From Euryarchaeota archaeon UBA202 (GTDB taxonomy: Archaea; Thermoplasmatota; E2; UBA202): a stretch of 59,328 bases of DNA. Under the pieces are notes generated by a model. The model did not search any database. It was not told where the DNA came from and worked only from the letters and a program-made list of their open reading frames with translations. The stretch's first letter is position 1, and each line of letters begins with the position of its first letter. The position numbers and the translations under genes were made by a program. Positions 10,232 to 18,927 of this stretch are shown one piece after another. The stretch is taken from positions 73,882 through 133,209 of the forward strand of contig DAQA01000008.1 of the NCBI GenBank assembly GCA_002502685.1, read 5' to 3'.

Positions 10232-10319
10232 CGGACCCGAGGGGATTTCCGGTGTTTTTTCGAACCCCTGATCTACAGCTTAGGAGGCTGTCGCCCTATC
10301 CAGTCTAGGCTACGGGCCC
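10232..10319 (-). tRNA. tRNA-Arg(CCT) with a 13-nt non-canonical intron in the T loop (10246-10258)
   Basis: Minus strand GGGCCCG TA GCCT..GGGC G ACAGC CT-CCT-AA GCTGT AGATC AGGGG TTCGAA[AAAACACCGGAAA]T CCCCT CGGGTCC G; all four stems pair; TTTAATAA TATA-like box about 30 nt upstream. Confidence 0.9.
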
Positions 10320-10488
10320 GCACTGGTGATAGATGATTATTGTTTATTAAATCTTCTGAAGAACATTTATTCCCATATTTTCCTTCTATAAAGGCGATAT
10401 ATCTTCGCAACTCTATATCCAAAAATGAACTGACATTAATCCCATGCTTTTTTGCCTGTTTTAATAAATAGTATCCCTCATCTTTCAA
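10273..10488 (-). pseudogene. CcdA/antitoxin-like RHH fragment reading into tRNA-Arg; possible Int(N) remnant
   Basis: LLKQAKKHGINVSSFLDIELRR resembles the archaeal CcdA-like (AK.lGIN.S) motif; 5' end abuts the flavodoxin ATG, so it appears truncated. Confidence 0.5.
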
Positions 10489-10896
10489 ATGAAATTTCAG
10501 GTTATCTATTTCTCTAAAAAAGGGAATACAAAAAAAGTAGCTGAGGCAATAGCATCTGAACTAGATGTAGAAGCAGAGAATGTGAAAGATACAAAACTGG
10601 ATAAGAATGCTTTGGTTTTTTTAGGCTCTGGATGCTATGGTGGCAAACCTGCAAAACTTATGACGAAATTTATACGAGATAATGATTTTAGGTCAAGAAA
10701 CGTTGCATTGTTTGGTACCTCGGGTTCAGGGGAGGGAAAAGAGGTAGCAGAAATGGAAAGAATTCTACGTACCAAGGAAGCTACTATTAAGGGTACATTC
10801 TTTTGCAAGGGGAAATTTATCTTTTTTAATAGAGGGCGGCCAAGTGAAGACGATCTAAAAGGAACACAGAAGTTTGCAAAACGAATGGTACAGTAA
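10489..10896 (+). CDS. Flavodoxin family protein
   Basis: IYFSKKGNTKKVAEAIA FMN phosphate-binding loop, LGSGCYG, ALFGTSG. Confidence 0.9.
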   Translation: MKFQVIYFSKKGNTKKVAEAIASELDVEAENVKDTKLDKNALVFLGSGCYGGKPAKLMTKFIRDNDFRSRNVALFGTSGSGEGKEVAEMERILRTKEATIKGTFFCKGKFIFFNRGRPSEDDLKGTQKFAKRMVQ

Positions 10897-10929
10897 ACAA
10901 GTACACTAATCACCATTATATATTCTTTG

Positions 10930-11060
10930 AAAAGCATCATGGTAATCCTATCCTAGATTTTCTTCAAATCTCTTTTGTCAAGGGCCGTGTAGTATTGCAG
11001 GGTCACACTCTTTTTGTGAGTAAATGCCTCTGTATATTTATTTATTGTATCCTTTAAACC
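10930..11060 (-). pseudogene. Possible tyrosine recombinase C-terminal remnant
   Basis: Manual translation ...AFTHKKSVTLQYYTALDKRDLKKI*DRI resembles box II (H...T..Y...L...YD) with an in-frame stop. Confidence 0.35.
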
Positions 11061-11111
11061 ATCCTAAAAATAATTTTTAAATACCATCATTTATGTTCCT
11101 GTTGTGATTGA

Positions 11112-11918
11112 ATGAATAGAATTGGAGACTATGACATAAGACCTTTTTCCCAAAATCGGCGAAATATCAGACTGTTATTAAAAGAAGGCGCTAGGAAACA
11201 TAATGTTCATGCTCTCCTTGAAATAGATGTCACCAAGGCACGTTCATTGATAAAGGAATATAAAGAGAAAAAAAAGGATGATATTTCTTTTACTGGATGG
11301 GTTATAAAATGTGTAGCCCAAGCAGTCACTAGTCACAGGGAACTGAATGCATATCGGCATGGGAAACGACATATTTTTGTCTTTGAGGATGTTGATATAC
11401 CTATTCCTGTGGAGAGAAACACTGGTGGCGAAACACGGCCCATGGCCTATATTATCAGGCAGGCAAATAAAAAAAATGTTTTGGAAATCACCCGAGAAAT
11501 CCGGACTGTTCAACAAGAAGGTGTCACTGATGATACTCAACTTTTGGGTGGCTATCTGACGATGCTTGAGAGATTTGCCCTTGGTGCACCCATGTTTATC
11601 AAAAAACTATTATTATTGCTGGCACGGAGAAGTGCTTTGTTGCAAAAAAAGCACATGGGAACGGTGGGAGTGACCTCCATAGGCATGTTTAGTAAATTTC
11701 CTGGATGGGCTGTAAGCATTGGTATCCCTGCCACTCTTATTGCTGTAGGTGGTCTTATAAAAAAACCAGGGGTTGTTGAGGATACCATTCAAATAAGAGA
11801 ATATCTCCATGTGACTGTTACAGTCAATCATGATCTTGTTGATGGTGCTCCCTTGGCACGTTTTGTTTCCCGTTTGACGGAGTATATGGAAAATGGATTT
11901 GGGTTAACAAATATATAA
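11112..11918 (+). CDS. Stand-alone 2-oxoacid dehydrogenase E2-type acyltransferase catalytic domain
   Basis: EIDVT, ISFTGWVIK, GTVGVTSIG, VNHDLVDGAPLARF (HxxxDG); no lipoyl domain. Confidence 0.85.
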   Translation: MNRIGDYDIRPFSQNRRNIRLLLKEGARKHNVHALLEIDVTKARSLIKEYKEKKKDDISFTGWVIKCVAQAVTSHRELNAYRHGKRHIFVFEDVDIPIPVERNTGGETRPMAYIIRQANKKNVLEITREIRTVQQEGVTDDTQLLGGYLTMLERFALGAPMFIKKLLLLLARRSALLQKKHMGTVGVTSIGMFSKFPGWAVSIGIPATLIAVGGLIKKPGVVEDTIQIREYLHVTVTVNHDLVDGAPLARFVSRLTEYMENGFGLTNI

Positions 11919-12347
11919 TTTGATTACATGGTGTCCTTCAGTATAGATTTTTTTGATGATTTCCCAGGTAAAGATATAGTGAAAGAAATTTTTTTTTTTA
12001 TGAATGTACTATTGTATATCCCTAGTAGTTTCGAAGATAATATAATTAGTCTAGGTTTAAGAATACGGTACCCTTTTTTTATAAGGACATTTTTTGTCAA
12101 GTCCAGTACACAAAATATCTATAAATAATGGAGTGCATAACTAGAGTGAGAGGAATGAGGTATTACATAGGGGGAAGTAACAGAATTTTTATTGTTATCC
12201 CCTCCCCCGCCTCTCAATCTTGTTTTGACTCTTATGATTAAAAAAAGTGGTACCAGGTTAAAAATAAGAGGGAAAAGAAGGATTTATATCCTTGTTTTTT
12301 TTTTTGATACTGATTTCTTACTCTTTCTTTTGATATATTTGTCTAAT

Positions 12348-12863
12348 TCAAAATTCTTCTGGACCAAATTCTCTGGGGTATTCTACAACACCAGATTTAT
12401 CAGCCAAGGCCCCAACTTTTAATTCAATCGCCATAAATGCATCATCGGGAACATCAAAAGGACATTTAATATCCCATTTAGATGCTTTTTCAAACCCAAA
12501 CCGGGTGTAGTACTCATTATACCCTACAACAATTACCGAATCAAAACCCAGTTCCCTGACTCTTTTTAATCCCTCACCAATGAGACTACCGCCTATTCCC
12601 TGCTTTTGAAATTTGGGTAAAACAGCCATGGGAGCAAGAGCAAGAGATTCATACTCTTTATCCCCAATAATCTTAATTTTTGAGAACAAAATATGCCCAA
12701 TAACCCTCCCATCTTTTTCAGCAACCAATGAAAGACCGGAAACAAAATTTTTACTGTTTCTTAAACGTTCAACCAATTTACTTTCATCCACTTGCTTAAA
12801 TGCTTCTTTATGAACCTGAAATATACCCTCAAAATCATCTTTTCTTTCTTCCCTAATCACCAT
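12348..12863 (-). CDS. GNAT N-acetyltransferase (YhbS-like)
   Basis: LSLVAE...IGHILFS, LAPMAVLPKFQKQGIG, YYTRFGF; probable start MVIREE. Confidence 0.92.
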   Translation of the reverse strand: MVIREERKDDFEGIFQVHKEAFKQVDESKLVERLRNSKNFVSGLSLVAEKDGRVIGHILFSKIKIIGDKEYESLALAPMAVLPKFQKQGIGGSLIGEGLKRVRELGFDSVIVVGYNEYYTRFGFEKASKWDIKCPFDVPDDAFMAIELKVGALADKSGVVEYPREFGPEEF

Positions 12864-13166
12864 ACTACGTCCTCCTTGATTCAATCCCTCTAGTCAAGGG
12901 ACAATTTGTCAAATCTATTTGAAATTAACCCAAACTTTCATTTTCATTAATATTTATGATTTTTATCCACCAAATCCATACAGTCCATGCAATACTGTGT
13001 CAGTACGTTCTCGCCATAGGGGGTGACGTTTTCTGCAGAGAAAAATGCCGAGTCCGCATTTCCCTCTACAACCTTTTCTTTTTGTTCCCTAATCCCTATC
13101 CAGAAGGATTTATGTTTGTGATTCAAACCAACATTTTAAGGACAAAAGATTGATGGGGGTTAATTA

Positions 13167-13646
13167 CTAAATCTCTCTAACAGGTATAATAAAGATTTCA
13201 GTACAATTTCCAATCAATACCATGTAATACCCCTGCGATTTTAAAAAGCCGTTGAAACCATAAATTTCCACTCTTGAACCACCCCACCCCCCAAAGAGAT
13301 TAAACTCTTGTATTCCATTTTCAGTCTCCACCATGAAAATTCCTGGGAGGATTGGGATTCTATAACCTAAATCTATTTTCTCTTCGTCAAAATGTCTTAC
13401 ATAATATGTATGGGATATTATGAAAAGTGTGGCATTGTAATATGTTCTTGGTTGGCTTAGAGGCAAACCACCATAATTAGTCTGTCCAATTGTTGATTTG
13501 TTACACGCACTAATAGCAATTGGTACCATCCCTGAACACAGAAAAACGCCAACAATGCAGATTATGAATATGTATTTTTTTATGCTTTTTTTACCCATCT
13601 TCATTGTTTCCCTGCCAATGTAAGGCAATAAAAGTACTTTAAACAT
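13167..13646 (-). CDS. Hypothetical secreted protein
   Basis: Basic N-terminus followed by a hydrophobic signal/TM segment; no recognised motif. Confidence 0.55.
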   Translation of the reverse strand: MFKVLLLPYIGRETMKMGKKSIKKYIFIICIVGVFLCSGMVPIAISACNKSTIGQTNYGGLPLSQPRTYYNATLFIISHTYYVRHFDEEKIDLGYRIPILPGIFMVETENGIQEFNLFGGWGGSRVEIYGFNGFLKSQGYYMVLIGNCTEIFIIPVREI

Positions 13647-13677
13647 ATAGAAAGAATTATTACAATAAAGAATATTT

Positions 13678-14274
13678 ATGTTCTATATGGAACAACCATC
13701 GGTCGCCCAACAAGTCTTTGAATATCTCAAAAGAAAACCATATGTCCACGAAGCAATAGAACAAGGAATCATTAACTATAGCGCTCTTGCTAGGCAAGCA
13801 GCCAAGGAGATGAATATTGCTAATGTTGAAACGGTAAAAGCAGCCCTCATCCGCCATAGCAAAAAGATACGAAAAGAGAAAAAAAACAGGGAAAAGAAGA
13901 TCATCCGATTACTACAGCAAGCTCACTTTTCCATCAAAAACAAAATCGTATCTTTGCATTCTTCCATTCCTCTTAGCATAGATGCCGTTGCATACTCAAA
14001 AACACCCAGTGGCTACATGTACTTCCTGGATGAACAGAATGCAGAAAAAACCAAACATAAAAACATAAACCACTGGCTGGCCATCATACACATAAAAAGC
14101 CCCATTCACATCGAACAAACACCAGGGGTAGCAGCCTTTATCTTATCAGCACTTGCCTCAGAGGATATCAATGTGGTTCACTTAATGGATTGCCGTGAGG
14201 ACACATTTTTAGTGATTAAGGAGTATGATGCTCCACTTGCTTTTAAAGTACTGTCAGAAAAACTGCGAGTATAA
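13678..14274 (+). CDS. Archaeal HTH + ACT domain protein
   Basis: GIINYSALAR N-terminal domain; C-terminal ACT-like TPGVAAFILSALASEDINV. Confidence 0.85.
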   Translation: MFYMEQPSVAQQVFEYLKRKPYVHEAIEQGIINYSALARQAAKEMNIANVETVKAALIRHSKKIRKEKKNREKKIIRLLQQAHFSIKNKIVSLHSSIPLSIDAVAYSKTPSGYMYFLDEQNAEKTKHKNINHWLAIIHIKSPIHIEQTPGVAAFILSALASEDINVVHLMDCREDTFLVIKEYDAPLAFKVLSEKLRV

Positions 14275-14718
14275 CGTGATAACATTGGTGTTTCAAAAAG
14301 AGAGATGCGAATAAATCATAAACACCTCATTTTTTTTTATGTTTAAATCTCTATTATCTCTATGCTACTCTATTTTCTGTGCCCATTTGCATTATTTTTT
14401 TATGGGAAACACGCAATATTTTTGTAGTTCTGTTCTCCAAGCGACGATATGGAGAACAATATTAATCAATTAATCGAGGATTTTATATTCGTATCATGAA
14501 TCATAATTTCTGGTATCATAGCTAGTTGGAGTGATCAGTGTCTGTTGCTCCCAAAATGTATTAATGGGACCACCTTTATCTAATTTAAGGTGCAGTGTTT
14601 TGAGTTTCTGTGGTGAACCTTCGCTTGACATCCAGCAACTGAATCCTGTGCAACGGTTCTTGGCGCCATGTTCTTTTTATTCGTTTAATTTAATAAACTA
14701 GAAGATAATTACATTACC

Positions 14719-15228
14719 ATGACTCCTAAGACCGCTTCGGGCAATCCGGCAGAGGGTAATGTGGAGCAACGAGGAAATCTTAGTCTTACCAGTCCTGCAT
14801 TTAGGAATGGAGAATCCATCGCTGAAAAATATGGGTACACACGGCAGAATGTAAATCCTCCGTTACAAATAGAAGGAGTACCAAGTAATACCAAATCCTT
14901 GGTTCTGGTTATGGACGACCCTGATGCATTGGTGCCGGCTGGGAAAGTCTGGGATCACTGGCTGGTATGGAATATATCTCCCACTGTCCATAACATTCCA
15001 GAGGGATGGTATCCTATAGATGCCATTGAGGGCACAACTGACTTTGGCAAAACAGGATATGGGGGTCCTAACCCACCGGACAAAAAGCATACCTATCGAT
15101 TCAAACTCTATGCTCTTGATACCCGTTTAGAGCTGCCATCATCATCCACAAAAAGAGAAGTCGGGAAAGCCATGAATCATCATATTCTTGCTCAAATCCA
15201 GCTGGAGGGAACCTACACACCGGTTTGA
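14719..15228 (+). CDS. YbhB/YbcL (PEBP) family protein
   Basis: LTSPAF, NPPL, MDDPDA, WDHWLVWNI, GYGGPNPP, HTYRFKLYALD. Confidence 0.93.
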   Translation: MTPKTASGNPAEGNVEQRGNLSLTSPAFRNGESIAEKYGYTRQNVNPPLQIEGVPSNTKSLVLVMDDPDALVPAGKVWDHWLVWNISPTVHNIPEGWYPIDAIEGTTDFGKTGYGGPNPPDKKHTYRFKLYALDTRLELPSSSTKREVGKAMNHHILAQIQLEGTYTPV

Positions 15229-15346
15229 TTTACCAACTATAGGATTCTTGTATCTCTGTATGTATGGCCCAATAGGTTTACGGTAGAATCATTAACTCTG
15301 TTTTCTTCTCTTGCAGAGGTAGAGGACTGTATTCCATGGAGAAAAA

Positions 15347-15913
15347 ATGACAACCTTTCAGGCAGAGATTTTTAACAAAAAACCCTCTGACCCAAAAAAT
15401 AAGCCAGACCAAATCATCAAAGCTCTTGCCCTAAGACAGGGTCAAAGTATTGTTGATATTGGATCCGGGGGAGGATATTTTTCTTTACGATTTGCTAAAA
15501 TAGTGGGAGAAAAAGGACGTGTTTATGCAGTGGATACAAACCAAAAATTTATAGATTTTATCAGCCAGAGGGCCAGAGAAAAGAAATTAAATAATATTTA
15601 TCCAATCCTAGCCAGAGAAGATAGATTAGATCTGCAAGAACAAAGTTTAGATGTTATCTTTATGCGGAATATCACTCACCATCTATCAAATCGGACACAG
15701 TATTTTGTAAACCTAAAAGGATTCCTCAAGCCAGATGGAAAGATTATTATCATAGACTACAAACCAAGTAAATCCTTTAATTTTTCTGGAATGTTTGGGC
15801 ATCATGTAGCCAAGGAAACTATCATACAGGAAATGGAAGATGCAGGGTATTCATTAGAAAAGGATTTTGATTTTTTATCTAAACAACATTTTACCCTGTA
15901 TTCGATACCATGA
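15347..15913 (+). CDS. Class I SAM-dependent methyltransferase
   Basis: VDIGSGGGYF, VYAVD, LKPDGKIIIIDY. Confidence 0.88.
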   Translation: MTTFQAEIFNKKPSDPKNKPDQIIKALALRQGQSIVDIGSGGGYFSLRFAKIVGEKGRVYAVDTNQKFIDFISQRAREKKLNNIYPILAREDRLDLQEQSLDVIFMRNITHHLSNRTQYFVNLKGFLKPDGKIIIIDYKPSKSFNFSGMFGHHVAKETIIQEMEDAGYSLEKDFDFLSKQHFTLYSIP

Positions 15914-16057
15914 AAAAAAGCAACTGTCTATCATTAACTGTAAACAATGGCAATATAAGGAGTGCAATCGGGGATAGAATAAGATTAGTCGTGGTCTATT
16001 GGCGGGATGATATTTAAGGGTATAACATTTTTAAATCCTGTTCGTCATTAGTGTATT

Positions 16058-17911
16058 GTGAAAAGTATTGCAGTATTCATCATTGTAGTTTTATTTTGCA
16101 GTTTCATCCTTGATGGTAATGCCTGTAAAGTTATTGTCGCCATTGGTGACTCAACAGGAGGCAATTATAATCTTCTCCTGAAAGTAAGGGACCCCAGTCG
16201 TTTGGGTTTTCAAGCTCTCACGATTGTAAATCAAGGCTATGCATATCCCTATCATCATCCTTGGACAGGAAAAGAAATGCGCTTTCTCGTTAATCACACC
16301 TATATTGGGACCGTGACCCAAGGGGACAGTTATCCTAATATAACAAAACCGGGTATGGCTCTAAGTGAGACAGGTATTGCCTATGCAGATGCTGATAGCC
16401 CTTTATTTTTGATCAATCCCACCCGTCATGCCTGGGATGATTTTGATTGGATACGGTATGCCTGTGAACGTGCCGTCACGGTTGAACAAGCTGTAAATCT
16501 TCTTACTGCTGCAGTCATAGATACATTACACGCCCCTGGTGTGGGGGAGAATTTGTTTGTTGTAGGATCCCAAAAGGGGTACGTGATAGAATCCGATGCT
16601 TTTAAGTATACTATCCAAGAAATAAAGGATATCCACGTCCAATCTAACTATCCTAAATTACTTTGGAAACGATCATTGTATCCCCTCCTTATTGGATCCT
16701 CATTTAACCTCACAAAAGATAGCGTTGTCCGAGAAAAAAGAATTGTTCGATTAGGTCCAACATTTCTTGGGGTAAAAATAGTAGATATTCAACCCGATGG
16801 TATTGTCGCTAAACAATTTCCCCTGGGTGAAAAGATTCAGATCTCTCTTGGTGATACAGGCACTGTTGGAGTATTCCGGGTTCAGCTGCTGGAGATCACC
16901 GGGAAAAAGGCACATATTTCCCTATCATACCAGTATCTGGATTGGGAAACACAAATCAAGGATTTATTGTACCAAAAATATGGTGGTTTGGGTGTGCGGG
17001 ATTTGATGAATTTGTCCCGTCTGCATAATACCTCCCTTGATGGACTACGAGGTATGTGTGAGGGGGGTTTTGAAGCAGCGACAATCTATAAAATACCCGC
17101 TTCTTACCCCGATATTTTAAGCAGTGGATGGTTTGCCCCCAATCAATGCTCCTGGGTATATGTTCCCTTCCATATCTGTAACCAGGATATCTATACACCC
17201 TATAGGGATGGAACAGCTCATATGCTGGCTCAAGAATTATTATCTCTCTATGGCCATGGAACATTGACTTCCCTAATAAATGGTATGGAAACTATTTTTT
17301 TATCAGAGACAGAACGCGTGGAATCACATGCATTACATTACTTGCAAAAGGGTCACACAAGACAAGCCGGTGACCTGTTAACACTATCTGATTTAAGTAT
17401 GCAAAAACAGGGGTTTTTATGGGGAGGTATCCTATACGATCTCTCTAGCATAGATTCGGGAATCCAGGATGAAATTTTTAATTCATTATCCAGGATATGG
17501 AACCATAATTATTCATATTCTCTTCCATGCATAAAGGAGGCAGTAGAACTGCTCACAAGCTTTCAAACCCCTTCGATAAAAACAATAAATTCCCTAAAAC
17601 AAAAATTACTCTTACTGGCGCTTGATATCACGGAATGTAAAATTAACCAAGCATCCATAATATCAGATGTTCCCCAGCGTGTATATGCAGATGAATTAGA
17701 ACAAGGCAAGTATTTCCTTAACACTGGTCAATATGAGGCAGGCTTCCACCATCTTGTCTTGGTCTATCGTAATGCAAATAGTCTAATCCTTGGTAAAAAT
17801 CCTGCCATAGAGCCACCGGGAGAACATTTTGCTCTAAATCTATGGATTCCTGTGTTTTTTTTAATCGCGGTGCTCCTTATGTTACCCATCGTTTATAGAA
17901 AATTAAAATAA
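16058..17911 (+). CDS. Secreted, C-terminally anchored Ntn-hydrolase (peptidase C69/C45-like)
   Basis: Signal peptide followed directly by Cys (NA|CKVIVAIGDST...LLLKVRD), matching the N-terminal nucleophile pattern; C-terminal TM plus basic tail. Confidence 0.6.
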   Translation: MKSIAVFIIVVLFCSFILDGNACKVIVAIGDSTGGNYNLLLKVRDPSRLGFQALTIVNQGYAYPYHHPWTGKEMRFLVNHTYIGTVTQGDSYPNITKPGMALSETGIAYADADSPLFLINPTRHAWDDFDWIRYACERAVTVEQAVNLLTAAVIDTLHAPGVGENLFVVGSQKGYVIESDAFKYTIQEIKDIHVQSNYPKLLWKRSLYPLLIGSSFNLTKDSVVREKRIVRLGPTFLGVKIVDIQPDGIVAKQFPLGEKIQISLGDTGTVGVFRVQLLEITGKKAHISLSYQYLDWETQIKDLLYQKYGGLGVRDLMNLSRLHNTSLDGLRGMCEGGFEAATIYKIPASYPDILSSGWFAPNQCSWVYVPFHICNQDIYTPYRDGTAHMLAQELLSLYGHGTLTSLINGMETIFLSETERVESHALHYLQKGHTRQAGDLLTLSDLSMQKQGFLWGGILYDLSSIDSGIQDEIFNSLSRIWNHNYSYSLPCIKEAVELLTSFQTPSIKTINSLKQKLLLLALDITECKINQASIISDVPQRVYADELEQGKYFLNTGQYEAGFHHLVLVYRNANSLILGKNPAIEPPGEHFALNLWIPVFFLIAVLLMLPIVYRKLK

Positions 17912-18058
17912 GTCACGCACCAATTGCATACAGCATGACTTCTGGTAAGTGATACTTATTTCTCCCTATCTCTAATTCTCACATCGCCATAATGGCATGT
18001 ATAAAAAAAAAATGACATTAGGTAACATTTTGTTTAAGGGGACAAAGATTCATGTAAC

Positions 18059-18232
18059 TCATGCGTAGGGATCAATATACCCAATGGTTTTGTTAATGGT
18101 GACAACCCTATTATTTTTTTTAGCGGCTTCCTGTGCTTCTTTTTTTGCGTCATCAAGTTTACATCTTAGATACAAAATGGTTTCTCCATCATCAAGGATA
18201 TATTCATCCTCCTTGGTCTTGACATATTTCAT
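18059..18232 (-). CDS. Small hypothetical protein (57 aa)
   Basis: Below the ORF-track cutoff: MKYVKTKEDEYILDDGETILYLRCKLDDAKKEAQEAAKKNNRVVTINKTIGYIDPYA*; AGGTG SD motif just upstream. Confidence 0.5.
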   Translation of the reverse strand: MKYVKTKEDEYILDDGETILYLRCKLDDAKKEAQEAAKKNNRVVTINKTIGYIDPYA

Positions 18233-18450
18233 TTCAACACCTGTACATACCTAATTATTTTTTTTATATATCCTACATGCCAAAAGGTTTTATAAAAATG
18301 TGTTCATCTCTTCCGTCTTTTGTAGGGGAAATATTTCCCTCTATATTCAGGAATCAATCAATAATTATTGGCTATTCTTTATAACACTTTTTCATCTTGA
18401 TTTTCTGTAGTGTTATCAACTATCGATGCCTAAAACTGTAAAGGAAAAAA

Positions 18451-18628
18451 GGAGAGGTAACAAAGGAGGTCGATTCCTAGGCTGGTAGAACTATAGGGAG
18501 CTAAGTGGACACTGAACAATATTCCCCGTTAGGGCTAACGGTGAAAAATATTCTTCGCATACCCACCGCAAAGGATCATTCACTCCTTTTAACATTCTCC
18601 ACTACCGCTCCCTAGACCTATATCTCTC
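18451..18628. ncRNA. Candidate structured non-coding RNA, family unassigned
   Basis: Nested stems TAGGGAGC(18494)/GCTCCCTA(18607) and AGTGGA/TCCACT enclose hairpins CCGTTA/TAACGG and AAAGGA/TCCTTT in an otherwise AT-rich intergenic region. Confidence 0.45.
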
Positions 18629-18927
18629 ATTGGTTTTTAATAATTACTCTTTCTACAAAAAATCAGAGGGGGGCAACCCTGGTCATTGGGCCAAAGCGAT
18701 AGGTTGTCTCCCTTGTGCCTTTCCGTGTTTTTGCAAAACCAATTAGGTCATTCCTTCTTCCATAAACTCTTTTCATCTAGAGGAGCAAAAAAAAAGAGGA
18801 GAATATGGGAAAGCATTTCTTTTCTTTTTTGTGTTGTCTTTCTCTCCTTCTTAGACAGGATTGATTTCCACCCGGGTGATTATACAGACATTTATTTTTA
18901 TATACTAGCACTATTACCCATCTTAAT

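Noticed and set aside
12945-13130. Open minus-strand frame (SFWIGIREQ...YCMDCMDLVDKNHKY*)
   Set aside because: No convincing start and no recognisable family; possibly a gene remnant but unsupported.
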